From Sminthopsis crassicaudata (taxonomy: Eukaryota), in contig NC_133620.1 in assembly GCF_048593235.1 (NCBI RefSeq), positions 292,531,765 through 292,595,764 of the forward strand: a stretch of DNA of 64,000 nucleotides. The letters run 5' to 3'. Below are positions 12,851-34,000 of the stretch, piece by piece (within the stretch, counting starts at the first letter, position 1; every line of letters begins with the position of its first letter). The position numbers and the translations under genes were made by a program. The notes under the pieces are model-generated. The model was not told the origin of the DNA, made no database searches, and saw only the letters and a program-made list of their open reading frames with translations.

Positions 12851-14759
12851 GTGCTAGAGAAGGAAAAAAAAAAAGCAACTAGCACAATATTCCATATGTC
12901 CTCAAGGAAAAAAAGAGATAGTTACAGAATAAAACTAGCAACCAAGTTTGACTTAAATTCACATCTCCTTTTCATAGATGTTTTCTGTCATTCCACTTAT
13001 AAAATTCAACATTCACTAAACACCTACTATGCTTGCTACAAAGCACTAACCTAGATGATTCATTAAAAGGGATAAATGAATGAATGAAAACCAAAAAAGG
13101 TCCCCAGGATTAAGATTCTTAGATTTTACTGAAACAAAATGCAGGTAAATATAATGTCTCTTTTACGGAGAGAACTGCCCCTCATTGCTAAGGAGACAAA
13201 GACCTATGTCCTATCTCTTTTCTAGGCAACTTTAAGACTTAAAATCAGAGAAATTGCTGACCTGTATTGTTAAGGAATTTCCTTTCCAGAACCTCCCTGT
13301 GCCAATGAAATCACAGGTTTCACCCCATCCCTGTAATGCAAAGTAGTTGTAATAAATAATGGGAGAGGGATGTAAAAAGAAGCCTGTATAAGAAGTTGTC
13401 CTTGTGTGGAACCAAGAAAGCAAACTTTATATTCCAGAAAGTGCAAGTGAAGAATCATTGTGGGTCAGTCTGGGAAAAATCATGGAGCCGGGAACTAGGC
13501 TATGATTATGTATGGGAAACTGAGTTGTGTCAAGTTAGCTGAAACATATATGTAAGGAAGTAAGGTAAATTAAATCTGGAAAGAGCCATTAGCCACATTA
13601 TGAAGGTATTTAAATGTCAAACAGGTTTTTTGTTTTGTTTTGTTTTTCCTATTTTATGTTACAGGCCATTGACGCTTCTTGAACAAAGAAGTGATGAGCT
13701 GCTTCAGGGAAAAGTTGATAATTCAAGTGAGAAGATCTACTGAGGAAGTAGAAGCAACAAGACTTGGTAAATGCTTGTATATTGGGATGGGAGGCAGAAA
13801 GGAAGGGCTGATAGTGGTAAGGAAAGAGGAGTCAAAGATGACTCAGAGGTTGTGAACCAAGGTGAATGGAAAAATGGTAGGCCCTTGATAGCTATGAGAA
13901 GATAAATATATTTCAAGGGAAAGATGAAAAATTGTTTTGACCATGAGTCTGGGATACCTTTGGGACATCCACGTAGAAATGTTCAGAAAGCAGTTGGTAA
14001 TTGGGCCTGCAGTTACAGAGAAATAGATAACTAGTACAAGTACTTTCCCTGAAAATATCTCCACAAATTGAATTGCCATGTTTTGAGGGCATCATGTAAG
14101 TGATAAACTGATGGAGAAGGGATTCCTAAGGGCTAGAGTCTTAACCACTAATTTTGGAACGTAAGTCACAAAACCATCAAATCAACTTAAAAAATGTAAT
14201 TCAGTTCGGGACTGTAGAACTGAAAAGGCCCGTCCGAATTCATGCATAGGATGGAGGAGTAAAGGGGAAGAAGTGACATCAGGTCAAACTAGGGCTGTGA
14301 GTTGCTCATCTGGAGAAAGCAATTTGACAGTTTTCCATTTTAAACAATTTTTATTAACTAAGCTGCGAAATTTAAGTTTCCGTCGACGGAAAAATGAACT
14401 ATAAACTCTCTCTAAATTTCAATGCCCTCTGGCAAATATTGGAATGCTCAGTTTCGGAACAGGCTCAGCTTTAATAAAGCCTTGTAGGGAGGGGTGAAGA
14501 GTCATCTTTTTGGGTCAGAATACAAAGATTCCGGGGTGTACTACCTGTAGAGAATGTCTCACTTTTGCCTGGAGTTGGTTTGCTAGACCCTCCAACCATT
14601 CTCAAACTCCACGGTCCTTCCGCCCTTCAATTCACCTCCAAGTTTCAGGTAAACTCCCGGATGCAAAGGGAGAAAGTGGGCCTGAGAAACCACCACATGT
14701 ATTCCTAAACTACTTGAGAAGTCACTCCCTCGCGAATTCCACGAGACCCGCATTCCTCC

Positions 14760-15480
14760 ATCAGTTGGGTGATCTATGGAACCCCAGTGTCACAGAGGTC
14801 CTCTGCTCCGGGAAGCCGGCGTGGACGGGAGGGAGGAAGGGTTGAGGGGAGTTGGTCGCCACTGCGCTTGCTCCCTCTGCTCAGAGGCGCGCACCGCCCA
14901 AAGCGAACAGCCCGAACAGCCACAGCAGCAGGAGTGCTTGCGCAGCCCTTTCTCCTTCCCCTCCCCTTCCTGTCCCTCACCTGAGGCCGGGCCTGGTAGG
15001 CACGGAGGCAGCGGCGGAGCCTTCGGGCCGCTCCTCGGCTTGGCTGGTACATTATTTTCAGGAGTGGGGAAGCTGTCTCCCCAATACAGCGTCCAGTATC
15101 CTCCGCAGACTGAGCTCGCCCTGAAGCCGGCTTCGTGAAAGGGAAGGGGGGAAGGGGGAAAGGTGAGGAGAGGGAAGGAAGGAAACGGACCACGCGCCTG
15201 CGCACTATAGACTCCAGAGGTAGCCGGCAGTGAGACAGGAAGAGCGCCTGCGCTTGGAGAGAAAAAAAGTGAGGGTTCTTCGCACTGCGTTTGCGCGAAA
15301 GGCTAACGGGAAGAGGCCAGGTGACTGTGGAAAGTGTACATGCGTACTGGCAGAGGCACATACTCCAGTACACAGCGCTGGACCCCAGGCGAAAAAGCAA
15401 GCAAAAATGTCAAGCTAAAGAGGAAATTAACGAACCACTACAAAAGGAAAGCCTGAGATACCGGGGTCGATAGAGACGAC
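14760..15480 (-). promoter_or_regulatory. C6orf136 CpG-island promoter
   Basis: CpG-dense; NRF1-like GCGCCTGCGC at 15194-15204 and 15244-15253; E2F-type TTTGCGCGAAA at 15290-15300. Confidence 0.75.
14981..15052 (-). CDS. C6orf136: C6orf136 orthologue, coding exon 1 (remainder lies beyond the window start)
   Basis: ATG at 15052: MYQPSRGAARRLRRCLRAYQARPQ, then CAG|GTGAGG donor; near-identical to the recalled human N-terminus; in a CpG island at the syntenic position after ATAT1. No exon-2-like sequence found in 1-14980. Confidence 0.9.
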
Positions 15481-15636
15481 GTGAATGTAGATGGGACTAG
15501 GACTAATTTTACTTCTCTCCGATTTTACATGTGAGAACACTATGGTTGGAAATGTCACCCGCCAAAAAGTCGATCCTGACCTTATAATGAATCTTCCCAA
15601 TACATCACACTGAAATCCAGACTCCTGACCACAGCC

Positions 15637-15642
15637 TTTAAT
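15637..15642 (-). terminator. Poly(A) signal ATTAAA for the ATAT1 long isoform
   Basis: tttaat on + strand about 190 nt after the TAA at 15833, immediately before the C6orf136 promoter. Confidence 0.55.
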
Positions 15643-15832
15643 ATTAAAAATAAAGTCTTCTATTTAAAATACAATTTGAACATCCCCAGTGGATGGGGAA
15701 AGGAAAGATGCCCAACTCCGATTGACCGACTGATGTTCCCCAAGGGCTGGGCTCAGTATTTCTCCAAGGAGCTGGGCCAAAGCCTCCTGGCCTTGGGGGA
15801 TTACCCAGTGAGGGACGAAAAGAGGGCCCAGG

Positions 15833-24450
<8,618 letters not shown>

Positions 24451-24823
24451 TAATCTCCTCCAGACACTTCATTTTAAAACACCCTACCTGCCTCTTGCCA
24501 TGGTAGTCTTCCTTTCTGCTCCAGATCTGAATTATCCCATTGCCCTGGGGACTTCATGCCTGATTTCCATCTTTAAAAAACCAATCAATCTATTTTTATC
24601 CATTTTCAACCCTAACCAAAAAAATCAATCTCAGGATGAGATTTGATCTGGATCTGTGATTTCATCAACATTGAAAACCACAATCATGATGCTCAGTGAA
24701 AATCTACCTTGTCTTTAACATTTACTAACCCTCCCACCCTACCCATTTTTAGAAGGAATGACTGAAGTTCAAGTATCTACCAACTCCAATCTAAAAACAG
24801 ACACATGAATAATAAAATAATTT

Positions 24824-24829
24824 TTTATT
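24824..24829 (-). terminator. Poly(A) signal AATAAA for MRPS18B
   Basis: tttatt on + strand about 265 nt after the stop at 25094. Confidence 0.6.
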
Positions 24830-25093
24830 ATAAAAGGTTGACTTGACAAGTTTGGTAACCCCTATACTTGCAACTTAAAAATATAGGGGGAGGGTGCAGC
24901 AGAAAGGGGAAATCAAAAACACTTATTGGTCTATTTTCTCATTTCTTCTAGACCAGAACTTGGACTATCCTACTCATTCTAAGAAGAGTAGGGGTAAGGA
25001 TCAGTTCCGTTTAGGCTTCAGGATTTTATCACATCCATCTCTTAAGCTCTAGAGCAACACAGAGTACATTCAACCCTTCTAGTGGCTTCCTTT

Positions 25094-28000
25094 TTAGTGG
25101 ACACTCTTGGATTCCTCTCCCTCTGGGAGAATATTAGTTTGAGATGGACTCATGGGCATCATTTCCAGAAGGGGTCCACTCTCTTCCTTAAGGTGGCCTT
25201 GATACAGACGTCGAAGTCGGGCCAGCTCTCTCTCAGGTGGCTGCTGCCAATTGTACCATGGATACCAGGAAGTACCTGCAGCTAAGGCAGGAGCCATTGG
25301 GGTATAGGTCACAGCTCCATGAGAATTGCTGAAATTAGTATCCCGTGGCTGTGTCAGGGGGATGTGATAACTGAGGAAACCTAAGGAGATGAAAAATATG
25401 GGGGGGAAAAGGAATAAAATAGAAGGCAATATAATTAAAGAATGTGATTAAATGGGGTGTTATTAGGCAAGGAAAAATTGAGAAATGAAAAATGAGGAGG
25501 AAGAATTAAGTTTGATGAACTTTAGGGATAAAAAGGCATTAATGAGACACTGAAATGCTAAGTGAAATTTATAGAGAAAGAACAGAAAGGGAAAGGTCTA
25601 TATCCTTTCTCAGATTTTCAGAATTGTAACTTTCTTATCCCTCCTCATTCCCACACACTCTTCCCACTTCTAAAACACTCTTTCCCCTTTCTGTGTCTTA
25701 CCATGGTCTCTAGCCTTCAGGATGGCCTCTGTCATCTTCTTATGCTGCTTCATACAGATACCTTGTAACAAGAAAAAATGAGAGAAAAAGAGAAGAGTGT
25801 CACTTATACTGTAGTAATATCAACTGCCATAATGGTATGTGGCAGACTAGGACTTCAAGAAGGATTCTTCCTACTGTACAGAATTTAAGGCCCAGAAACT
25901 CTCTATTTTGCAAATTTGGTTTTGAGAACATGTAATATTTTGCCCTTGTTTACATACAAGTCCTAATACATAAATTTATGTGTACTCTTTGTATCTTTGA
26001 TATTAGACTGGAAATTTTCCAAAAGCTGGAAGCTACATGTCTATACTTTCTTTAAAGAAGCCTAGATAAGGACAATTTTTGGGGGGGGGGGTAGAAACAG
26101 GAGAGTATAAGGGTAAACTCTTCAAGGGTCTGGGATCCAACCTGTGTATGGGGCATGGAAGATGACACCTGTTTGAGCACAGATAAACTGTTCCAAGAGC
26201 TTCACATTCTGAAAAGAAAGAAATAAAAGAAAATGGAGGCTGTGATATTAGAAAGCGGCAGTAGGAATAACATGCCCTTCTAAATTTTATTCCAAACTTT
26301 CCAATCTCTCCACCCCTTTTCAAACCTCAACTTATCAGTGAAATCTCCCCTGATTCTAAAACAATAGTGCTCTACCTTTTCTTGAATATATCTAGTATCC
26401 AAACCCTATTCCCAACAATATTTATCCCAAATTTAGATCTTTTCTATAAACTACTATTGCAAAATTCTTTAATCCCATCCTATGGGTTTGGCTAATTAAT
26501 CAAGAAATATTAGATGCCTACTATGTGCAAGGAACTGGGAATACAAGGACAAAAAAAAGTCCTTGACTGTAAAGAAGAACTGTAATTTCAAGACTTGCAT
26601 TCTAGTTCAGATTCTGCCACGTACTCACTTTTCTACCTTAATTTCATTGGACAGTTGGAGGGAAAAGAAAAATACTTTTGACCAAAGTTTGTTTCCATTT
26701 CTTTTCTTATGCTGACAAACCACCAAATGCAGAAATCCTGCAACTATGAAACTCACTCATTTATTGGGACCAGAAAAGATTTTATACTGTATTATTACCT
26801 TATCCACTTCAGAGTCTTTGTCACTGGAGGAGTGAATTGAGATGAGATGAACCCTCATAGGAAATTGTTGGAAGAGTGAATTTACATTTAAGGAACTGAT
26901 TAAATGACTTCTGGAGTCACTAAAATTCTGTGATGGTGATTAATGGCATGACTCCCTAGTTTCTAAAAGACTTAATTCCGAAGGCAGTTTATCTTTAATC
27001 CTTCCTTTATACTACTGCCCCCTGCTTTTCTATTGCCCCAGTCTTGGTTTACTCACATTACTCAAGCCTTCTGTTTTCCTGTGCATCTAAATGAAGTTAA
27101 AGGAAAACCACAAAACTGCTGATTTGGGTTCTCTATTTGGGATATTATGTTAAATAATATCAACTTAGCCCTCACTGAAACACTTTCACACCCTCTTAAA
27201 CAATACACTATCCCAGTCATCACACTGATTTTTTCCAAATGTTTTCAATCCTCCTAACACCTACTATGGCTTCTTCTATATGCCCTTCTTCATCCTCTCA
27301 GTTGAAAATGTTCACTCATCTCACTGAAAAATTTGAAGCCATTAGCCAAGAGTTTTTTTCCCCCTCATCCACTTATCATTTGGAATGCCTTTCCCAATTA
27401 TCTCCTTCTCTTATCTCTTCACCAGAAGAGGCCATCTCTCTTTTTGCAACTTGCACAAATGATCTTAGGCTATCCCATCTTCTCTGGCCGAGTGTTTCTC
27501 TATGCTTTCTTTCTCACTAACTTTCAATATCTGTCTATTGGCGGTTTTTCTGCTGCTATAAAACATGCCTATGTCTCTTCCATCTTCAAAAACATTTCCT
27601 TCACCCATCCATCTCTGATAGCTATTGTCTTATTCCTTTTGTAGTTTTTGTATCGATCCTTTAGTAGCTAAACTCTTGGAGAAGGCTGTTTACAACTGAT
27701 ACCTCTACTTCCTTTCCTCTCATTCTCTTAATTGTCTGCATTTTGGCTTTCAATTTCTTCATTCAACTGAAATTACTCTCGCTGAAGTTATTAATAATCT
27801 CTTAATTACAAAAATCCAACAGCCTTTTCTCAATTTTCATCCTTTTTGACCTGCAGCCTTTGATACTATCAATCAATCTCAGTGTAGGAAGGAATGATGG
27901 AGAAGTCAGGGAAGTCCCTAAGTAGGTGCAGCCAAGGGAGAAATGAAATCTACGAGCTGAGATCTCTTCTTAAATGGAGAGTTGGAGTTCACAGCCCACC

Positions 28001-31000
28001 TTCCAATCAGAGAAGGTGAGAATAGTGATTGCATAAAGGACCAAGGCTGATGAGATCTTGCAGAATAATTAGGTTATCCCAGCAATGACTTTCCTGGAAT
28101 AGATGATTAGTGTTGATCTGACTCTTCATGAAATTTTCTTGGCAAAGATATTGGAGTAGTTTGTGCCTATTCCTTCTCCAGCTCATTTTACAGATAAGGA
28201 AACTAAAGCAAACAGGGTTAAGTGACTTGCCTAGAATCTTATGGGGGAAGATAATTGGCACAGTAGATATAGCAATAGTCCTGAAGTTTGATTTTGGCTT
28301 CAGAATCTTAGCTATGTCACTTATCCTTGTTTGCTTCGGTTCTTAACCTATCAAGGCCATTATCAAGGCCATCTCCAGTTGTCCTGATCTGTATCTGGCC
28401 ACTGGACCCAGATGGCTCTGGAGGGGAAAGCGAGGCAAGTAACCTTGCACAGCTTTCCCTCACTTGAATCTAACTCACTTGCATGCCATGGCATCACCTC
28501 CCTGATGTCATGGTCCTTTTCAAAAAGGAAGAACAAACAATAACAATCTCAATCTGTGAAGTAAACTAGAAAAGGAAAGGAAACCACTCTAGTATCTTGC
28601 CAAGAAAAATCCCAAACAGCATCAAGGAGAGTTGGACATGATTGAAATGACTTTCAACAACAACCAGGGCTGCAGAACTACTAAATGACAGAGGCCAGAT
28701 ATGAATACATGAAGATGAATCTTCTTGACTCTAGAACTGGTACTCTATATACTGCCCTAACTAGCTGCCTCCAGAGAAATCAGAGAAATAGGAGCTAGAT
28801 GAAAAATGATACTAATATTCTCTCTTTTTTTTTTTTTTTGGCTGAGGCAATTGAGGTTAAGTGACTTGTCTTTGAGACCAAATTTGAACTCGGGTCCTCC
28901 TGACTTCAGGGCTGGTGCTCAATCCACTGCACCACCTAGCTGCCCAGTTCTTAAGTCTTCTTTGTTGTATATCCATCCAGATTATGCCTCCATGGCTCTG
29001 TCCTTTATCCAGATCTAACTTCTACCCTGGATCTCTAGCCTGACATCTCCAATTGCCTATTGAAGTTGAACTGCATATCCAACAAATCTTTTATTTATTG
29101 TATCTTTATTTTATTATAATAATATAATAATAAATATATTTATTCACTCTGTGCAAAACTGAACAATTCATTATCTTCCTCCCCAAACTCTTCCCCCTTT
29201 TCCTAACTTCCCTCTTACTATAGAGAACCACTATAATTCCAGTCCTTCCCAGGCTCATAATCTAGGTGTGAACCCTATCTCCTAATTCTTTCCCACTTCC
29301 ACATTTAATTTACCACCAAAGTCTATCAATTCTGTCTTCCTAATATTTCTCATATAAGCCCCTTTCTCTCCTTTGATACTGTCACTACCTTGACTACTAA
29401 CATCACTTCAAGTATGCACTACTGCAATAGTCTTAAATCTCTCTTTACTCCAGTCCATTCTCTAGTTAACTGCCAAAGTAACTTTTCTCAAGTAAGACCT
29501 GACCATGTCAGCTCTGCCCCTCCCCAATAAATACTAGTGAATCTTTAATACTTCCGAAATCAAATAGAAAAATCCTTTCTCTGGTGTTCAAAGCCCTTCA
29601 ATTCCTGGTTCCTTTCTCTTTCCAGTCCTCTAGAAGAAATAATTGATTACCTCCACAAACTCTGTGATCCAGTGACAATGGCTTCTCCAACTTCATATTT
29701 ATTATCCTAACTTCATACAACTAGTAGATTCATCTTCTTTATGCAATCCAATATATAATACAATTTGGAAGAGAGATGTGCATGAAAAGAGTAATATTAA
29801 CATTCTAACATTTGGATATCTATAACAAAGATTCATCTGTTTTGAATGCTACTTTTTATTATTTATTATAAGTTCTTGGGGGCAGAGATTGAAGCTTTTT
29901 AAGCAATACTCTAAAATTTACAAATATTAGCATACTTGTTTGACTCCCTTCTGCCATCATCAATCTGTGAAAAATCCTCCTTTTCTGAGTTTCAAGAAAA
30001 CCAGATATATTACTTTTCACTTTTACCTTTTAGAATTTATTTTCCCTCAAAGTTCAGGTCAAGTACTATATTATATAGATTTCCTGATGGTGCTGGTATT
30101 ACTATTTCTCTCAAAAGACTATCTTCTGTTTTGTACATTTTTTTAAAAATTTTTTTTCTCCTATTGCACCTATATTGGATTACTTGCTTTCTAGAGGCAG
30201 AAAGAATAGAAAAATTTGGAACCTAAGGCGAATGATGAAAACCATTTCTGCCTGTATTTTGGGGAAAAAAGGCTATAATTAGGGAAAAAAGAAAAAAAAA
30301 AAAAAAAAACAACAACATTTTTTCTTCCTAATAGAATAATAGAATGTAAACTTGTTGAGGGGAGGGAGTTTCTTTTCATATTTGTATTCTCACCTAGCCA
30401 CAGAAGTGAATTCTCAACTTAAATATGTACTTTCATGTTACTTCAAATACACTTAGCAACTGTCATATAGTTGATCTTACTATCACTCAAGGTATTCAAG
30501 CTTCTATTATCAAAAATTCTCCGAAGCCTCACTTGACTAATCATCCCTTTCATAGCCAAACTTCTAGTAATAGCGGTTGATACTTACCTTCATCTCATTC
30601 TCTTCTTAATCCTTTGTAATAATCTTTTAAACGCTTGACTTAAAAATATCTAACACTTGATCATCCTTTCTAATTGGACATCCTTTTCTCTCTGGATTTT
30701 CATGATATTGTTCTTTCTTCCCTTTTCTCCTGTGTCTGACCCCCTCCTCTTTCTTAGCCTCCATTGCTGGATCATCATTCATGTCACATTCCCTAACTTT
30801 GAGTGTACCCCTAAATTTGGCCTGGATTCTCATCATCTTTAAGTATTGGATAATACCCATAGTTACAGAGAGAGGTATGACCAACCAACCAGCAAAAAAA
30901 GAATCAAGGTTAGTCAGAAAGATATGAAAAGATTTAAGACAGAGTAGACTCAAAGCCAAGAAACAAAAGAATTTCTAGGAGAAGAGGTGGTGTTTGGAAG

Positions 31001-34000
31001 TTTCAAAAGTTCAAAGTTAAAGACTGTGCAAAGCCTTGAGATTTAGCAATTAAGACATTAATGATGACATTGGAGAAGACAGTTTGAGCTTAGTCATGGG
31101 GTCAGAAGCTAGGTTACCAAGGGCTGAGAAGTTATTAGGTGGTGAGGAAGTGGAGACAATGGCTACAAATGGTTTTTCCTAATTTTTAGACGTTTGTGAG
31201 AAATAGTTTCAGGAAATAATAGGGGGTCAAGTTTTTAAGGAAGAGAGACTTAATTATGTTTGTAGCAGCTGATAGCAAACAAGATTATAAAGGGGACAAT
31301 CAAGGTGGTAGCCTTTAGAGAATAAGATGAGAATAATAGCTAACATTCCCATAGTGTTTTATATATTGTGATTCATTTAGTCCTCACAGCCACCCTATAA
31401 GGTTGGTAATATTATTTTCCCCATTTTATAGATGAAAAAAGTGACAAATATTAAATGACTTATCTAAGGTGATACAGCCTAAGTATATGAGGCAAAATTT
31501 GACCTGAGGTCTTCCTGACTCTGAAGTTCTATGAACTATCCATCTAGCTTTCTGCAACGATGAGATAAAGGGTACAAGTAGAGAGATTGGCCTTGAAAGC
31601 ACATTCTTTTCAGAAAATGGAGCAATGGAGTTAAAATGAGTCATTTTGAGGTTTAAAGGAAGGGAGCAGGAAAACTATTATCACTAAGCACAGTTAAGCA
31701 CACTTAAGCACTAGTTCCTGAAGTAGGTAAAGAGGACTATGAAATTTGGAGGTTGCTTACTCTAAAGTCCACATGGAGCTTCTGATCCCGGCAGATGGGG
31801 CAAGGATTTCCAGCAACTTTGTTCCCTCGCTGTAGGGGATAAAAGAGATGGGCAGAAACTTCAGGAATAGCACACATGCCTTTTGTCAAGGTTCGTGCAA
31901 TCCCACCCTGTCATTCCTGAATCTCTGTGCCAGAGACCCAATTCCTTTTCTTTACTACTCACAATGCATGTCTTACGGGTTCGCTGTGGTGGAATGCCAC
32001 CTTTATGGTTTCTTTGATAGTCAGCCCAGACTGGACGGGAACCATATCGAGTCAGGTATTCTAAAAAGGAAAAGAAAGGAAGGGAAGAAAAAATAAGAGT
32101 TTATTAAACATTTACTATATGTCAAACACTTCAAAAATTTGATCTACCATATATCTGGTCTACAACAATTACTAGAATAATTACTTTTACAACTCCATTC
32201 TATTTTTGTAATCTTAAGTTCATATTTCCTTTTAGTTCAAACTAAGTCATACCACAAAATTGCCCTAGATATATCTATGCCTCTGCTAATACTATTCTCA
32301 ATGCCTGGAATATTTTCTCTTCCCTTCTAATCTATACCTTCTAATCCAATCCTTCAAAATCCAATTAAATTGCCATACCTTTCTTTGAAAAGCAATTCTT
32401 ACATCCACATTTGGTACTAATCTTTTCCTCCTTTCTCACCAGAGAAGTCTATAGTCTTTTTTTTTTGTACCTCTCCTATAGTAATCACTTTAAATTTTTT
32501 GTTCTGTTTTAGTAATTTTCAAAAACTTATTACCACCCTCATGTTTCCTTTAGACAGCATACCCTATTCATCTTTGCATTCTTTCATTATTTAATAAATA
32601 TCTAAGCCAAAGTTTAACAAAAAAAATAATTTTGTCTTAATGAAATTTATTTCCTATAAGACAAAGATTGATAGCTACAATACACAAGAATATATAACAA
32701 ACATATTAATGTCCCCAAACAAAATGTTATGTAAGAAAGAGTCAAAGAAGGGCACTTCTAAGGAGAAGTGGGATGGGAAGGATGTATAGAAATTCAACAT
32801 ATTTTGTTTATTGGATTACTTGCCATCTAAGCGAGGGGGGAAGAGAAAGGGAGGGAAGAAACTTGGAACACAAAGTTTTGCAAGGGTGAATGTTGAAATT
32901 ATCCATGCATATGTTTTGAAAATAAAAAGCTTTAATTAAAAAAAAAAAAAGAAAGACAGACATGTTGTAGGCATTCTAATCCCAGGAAACAGTGTGTGAA
33001 AAGGCTGATGTGAGAAGTATAGAATATATGTAAAAAGTGAAAAATAATAGATAAGGCTGGAGAAAAAGGGTATTGTTAGATTGTATAAACTTCAGGACTT
33101 TGACTTTGGTTCAGTGTTCACTGAAGAACAATTAAGAAGAAAGCATTCCTATCTGGTCCATTCTTTTTCTTGGGTTCAACACACCCATAATCTTTTGAAC
33201 TGATGGCTCTGTCTCCCCCTTAGTCTCCACATTTTCCTTTCCCTCTTCCCATATTTTCCTTATGGTGGTACCTTCTGTCTCCAGATATTCCCACGGAGCA
33301 TTCTGATAAGGGGAGACAGGAATGGAAGTTTCTTCCTCAGGGGAAACTTTGGTGCATAATGCCTGGGGAGTAGTCTATGAAAAAGAAAAGAGTAAGGTTT
33401 ATGAGGAAAATGAGATATCTTGGTTTTGTCCCCAATGATACTTAAGGTTTTGTAAACATGTCAAAAGTGGTAGAGTGATGTATAGAAGAATATGTACTAA
33501 TCTTGATCTTAGCCCCTTAAAGACCCAAAAGCACTGAAGTAATGTGAGTTGATAAATAATTAAATTTCTGGGAAAGCAGCTATATACATGGTGCCTCAAA
33601 AGTCTTAATACAGTTTTAAGCTTTCAAGGACAAAAACAACATTCCTACTCTGTTCATTCTTCTCTTTTAGGTTCTACCTGCAGGATTTAATTACCATTAA
33701 ATTAATACATAAGTTAATATTAAGAGAACTGACATTGAAAAAGATACCAAAAAAGATACCATTTTTTAATGGATATTCCTAAAAAAAAAGTAGTATCAGA
33801 AGAAAAATAAAGTGAATTTGGTAGATGTTTCTGGTGATAAAAGAGAAAGGAAAGAGATACCTAAATTCCTAAGCGTTTGATATAGTATCCCGAAAAAGAT
33901 TATGTTAGGATCACAAGATATGTGTGATGTACATGTGATTCCCCTATCCCAACTCTGTCTCTGAATTACTGACATTATCCTGCTTAAAAAAAAAAAAAAA

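Noticed and set aside
15053-15400. In-frame 5' extension of the C6orf136 ORF (208-aa track entry)
   Set aside because: Starts at a TTG upstream of the likely TSS in a stop-poor CpG island; homology begins at the ATG at 15052.
28349-28372. 12-bp tandem duplication (a similar 14-bp one lies near 58815)
   Set aside because: Ordinary slippage duplications inside repeats.
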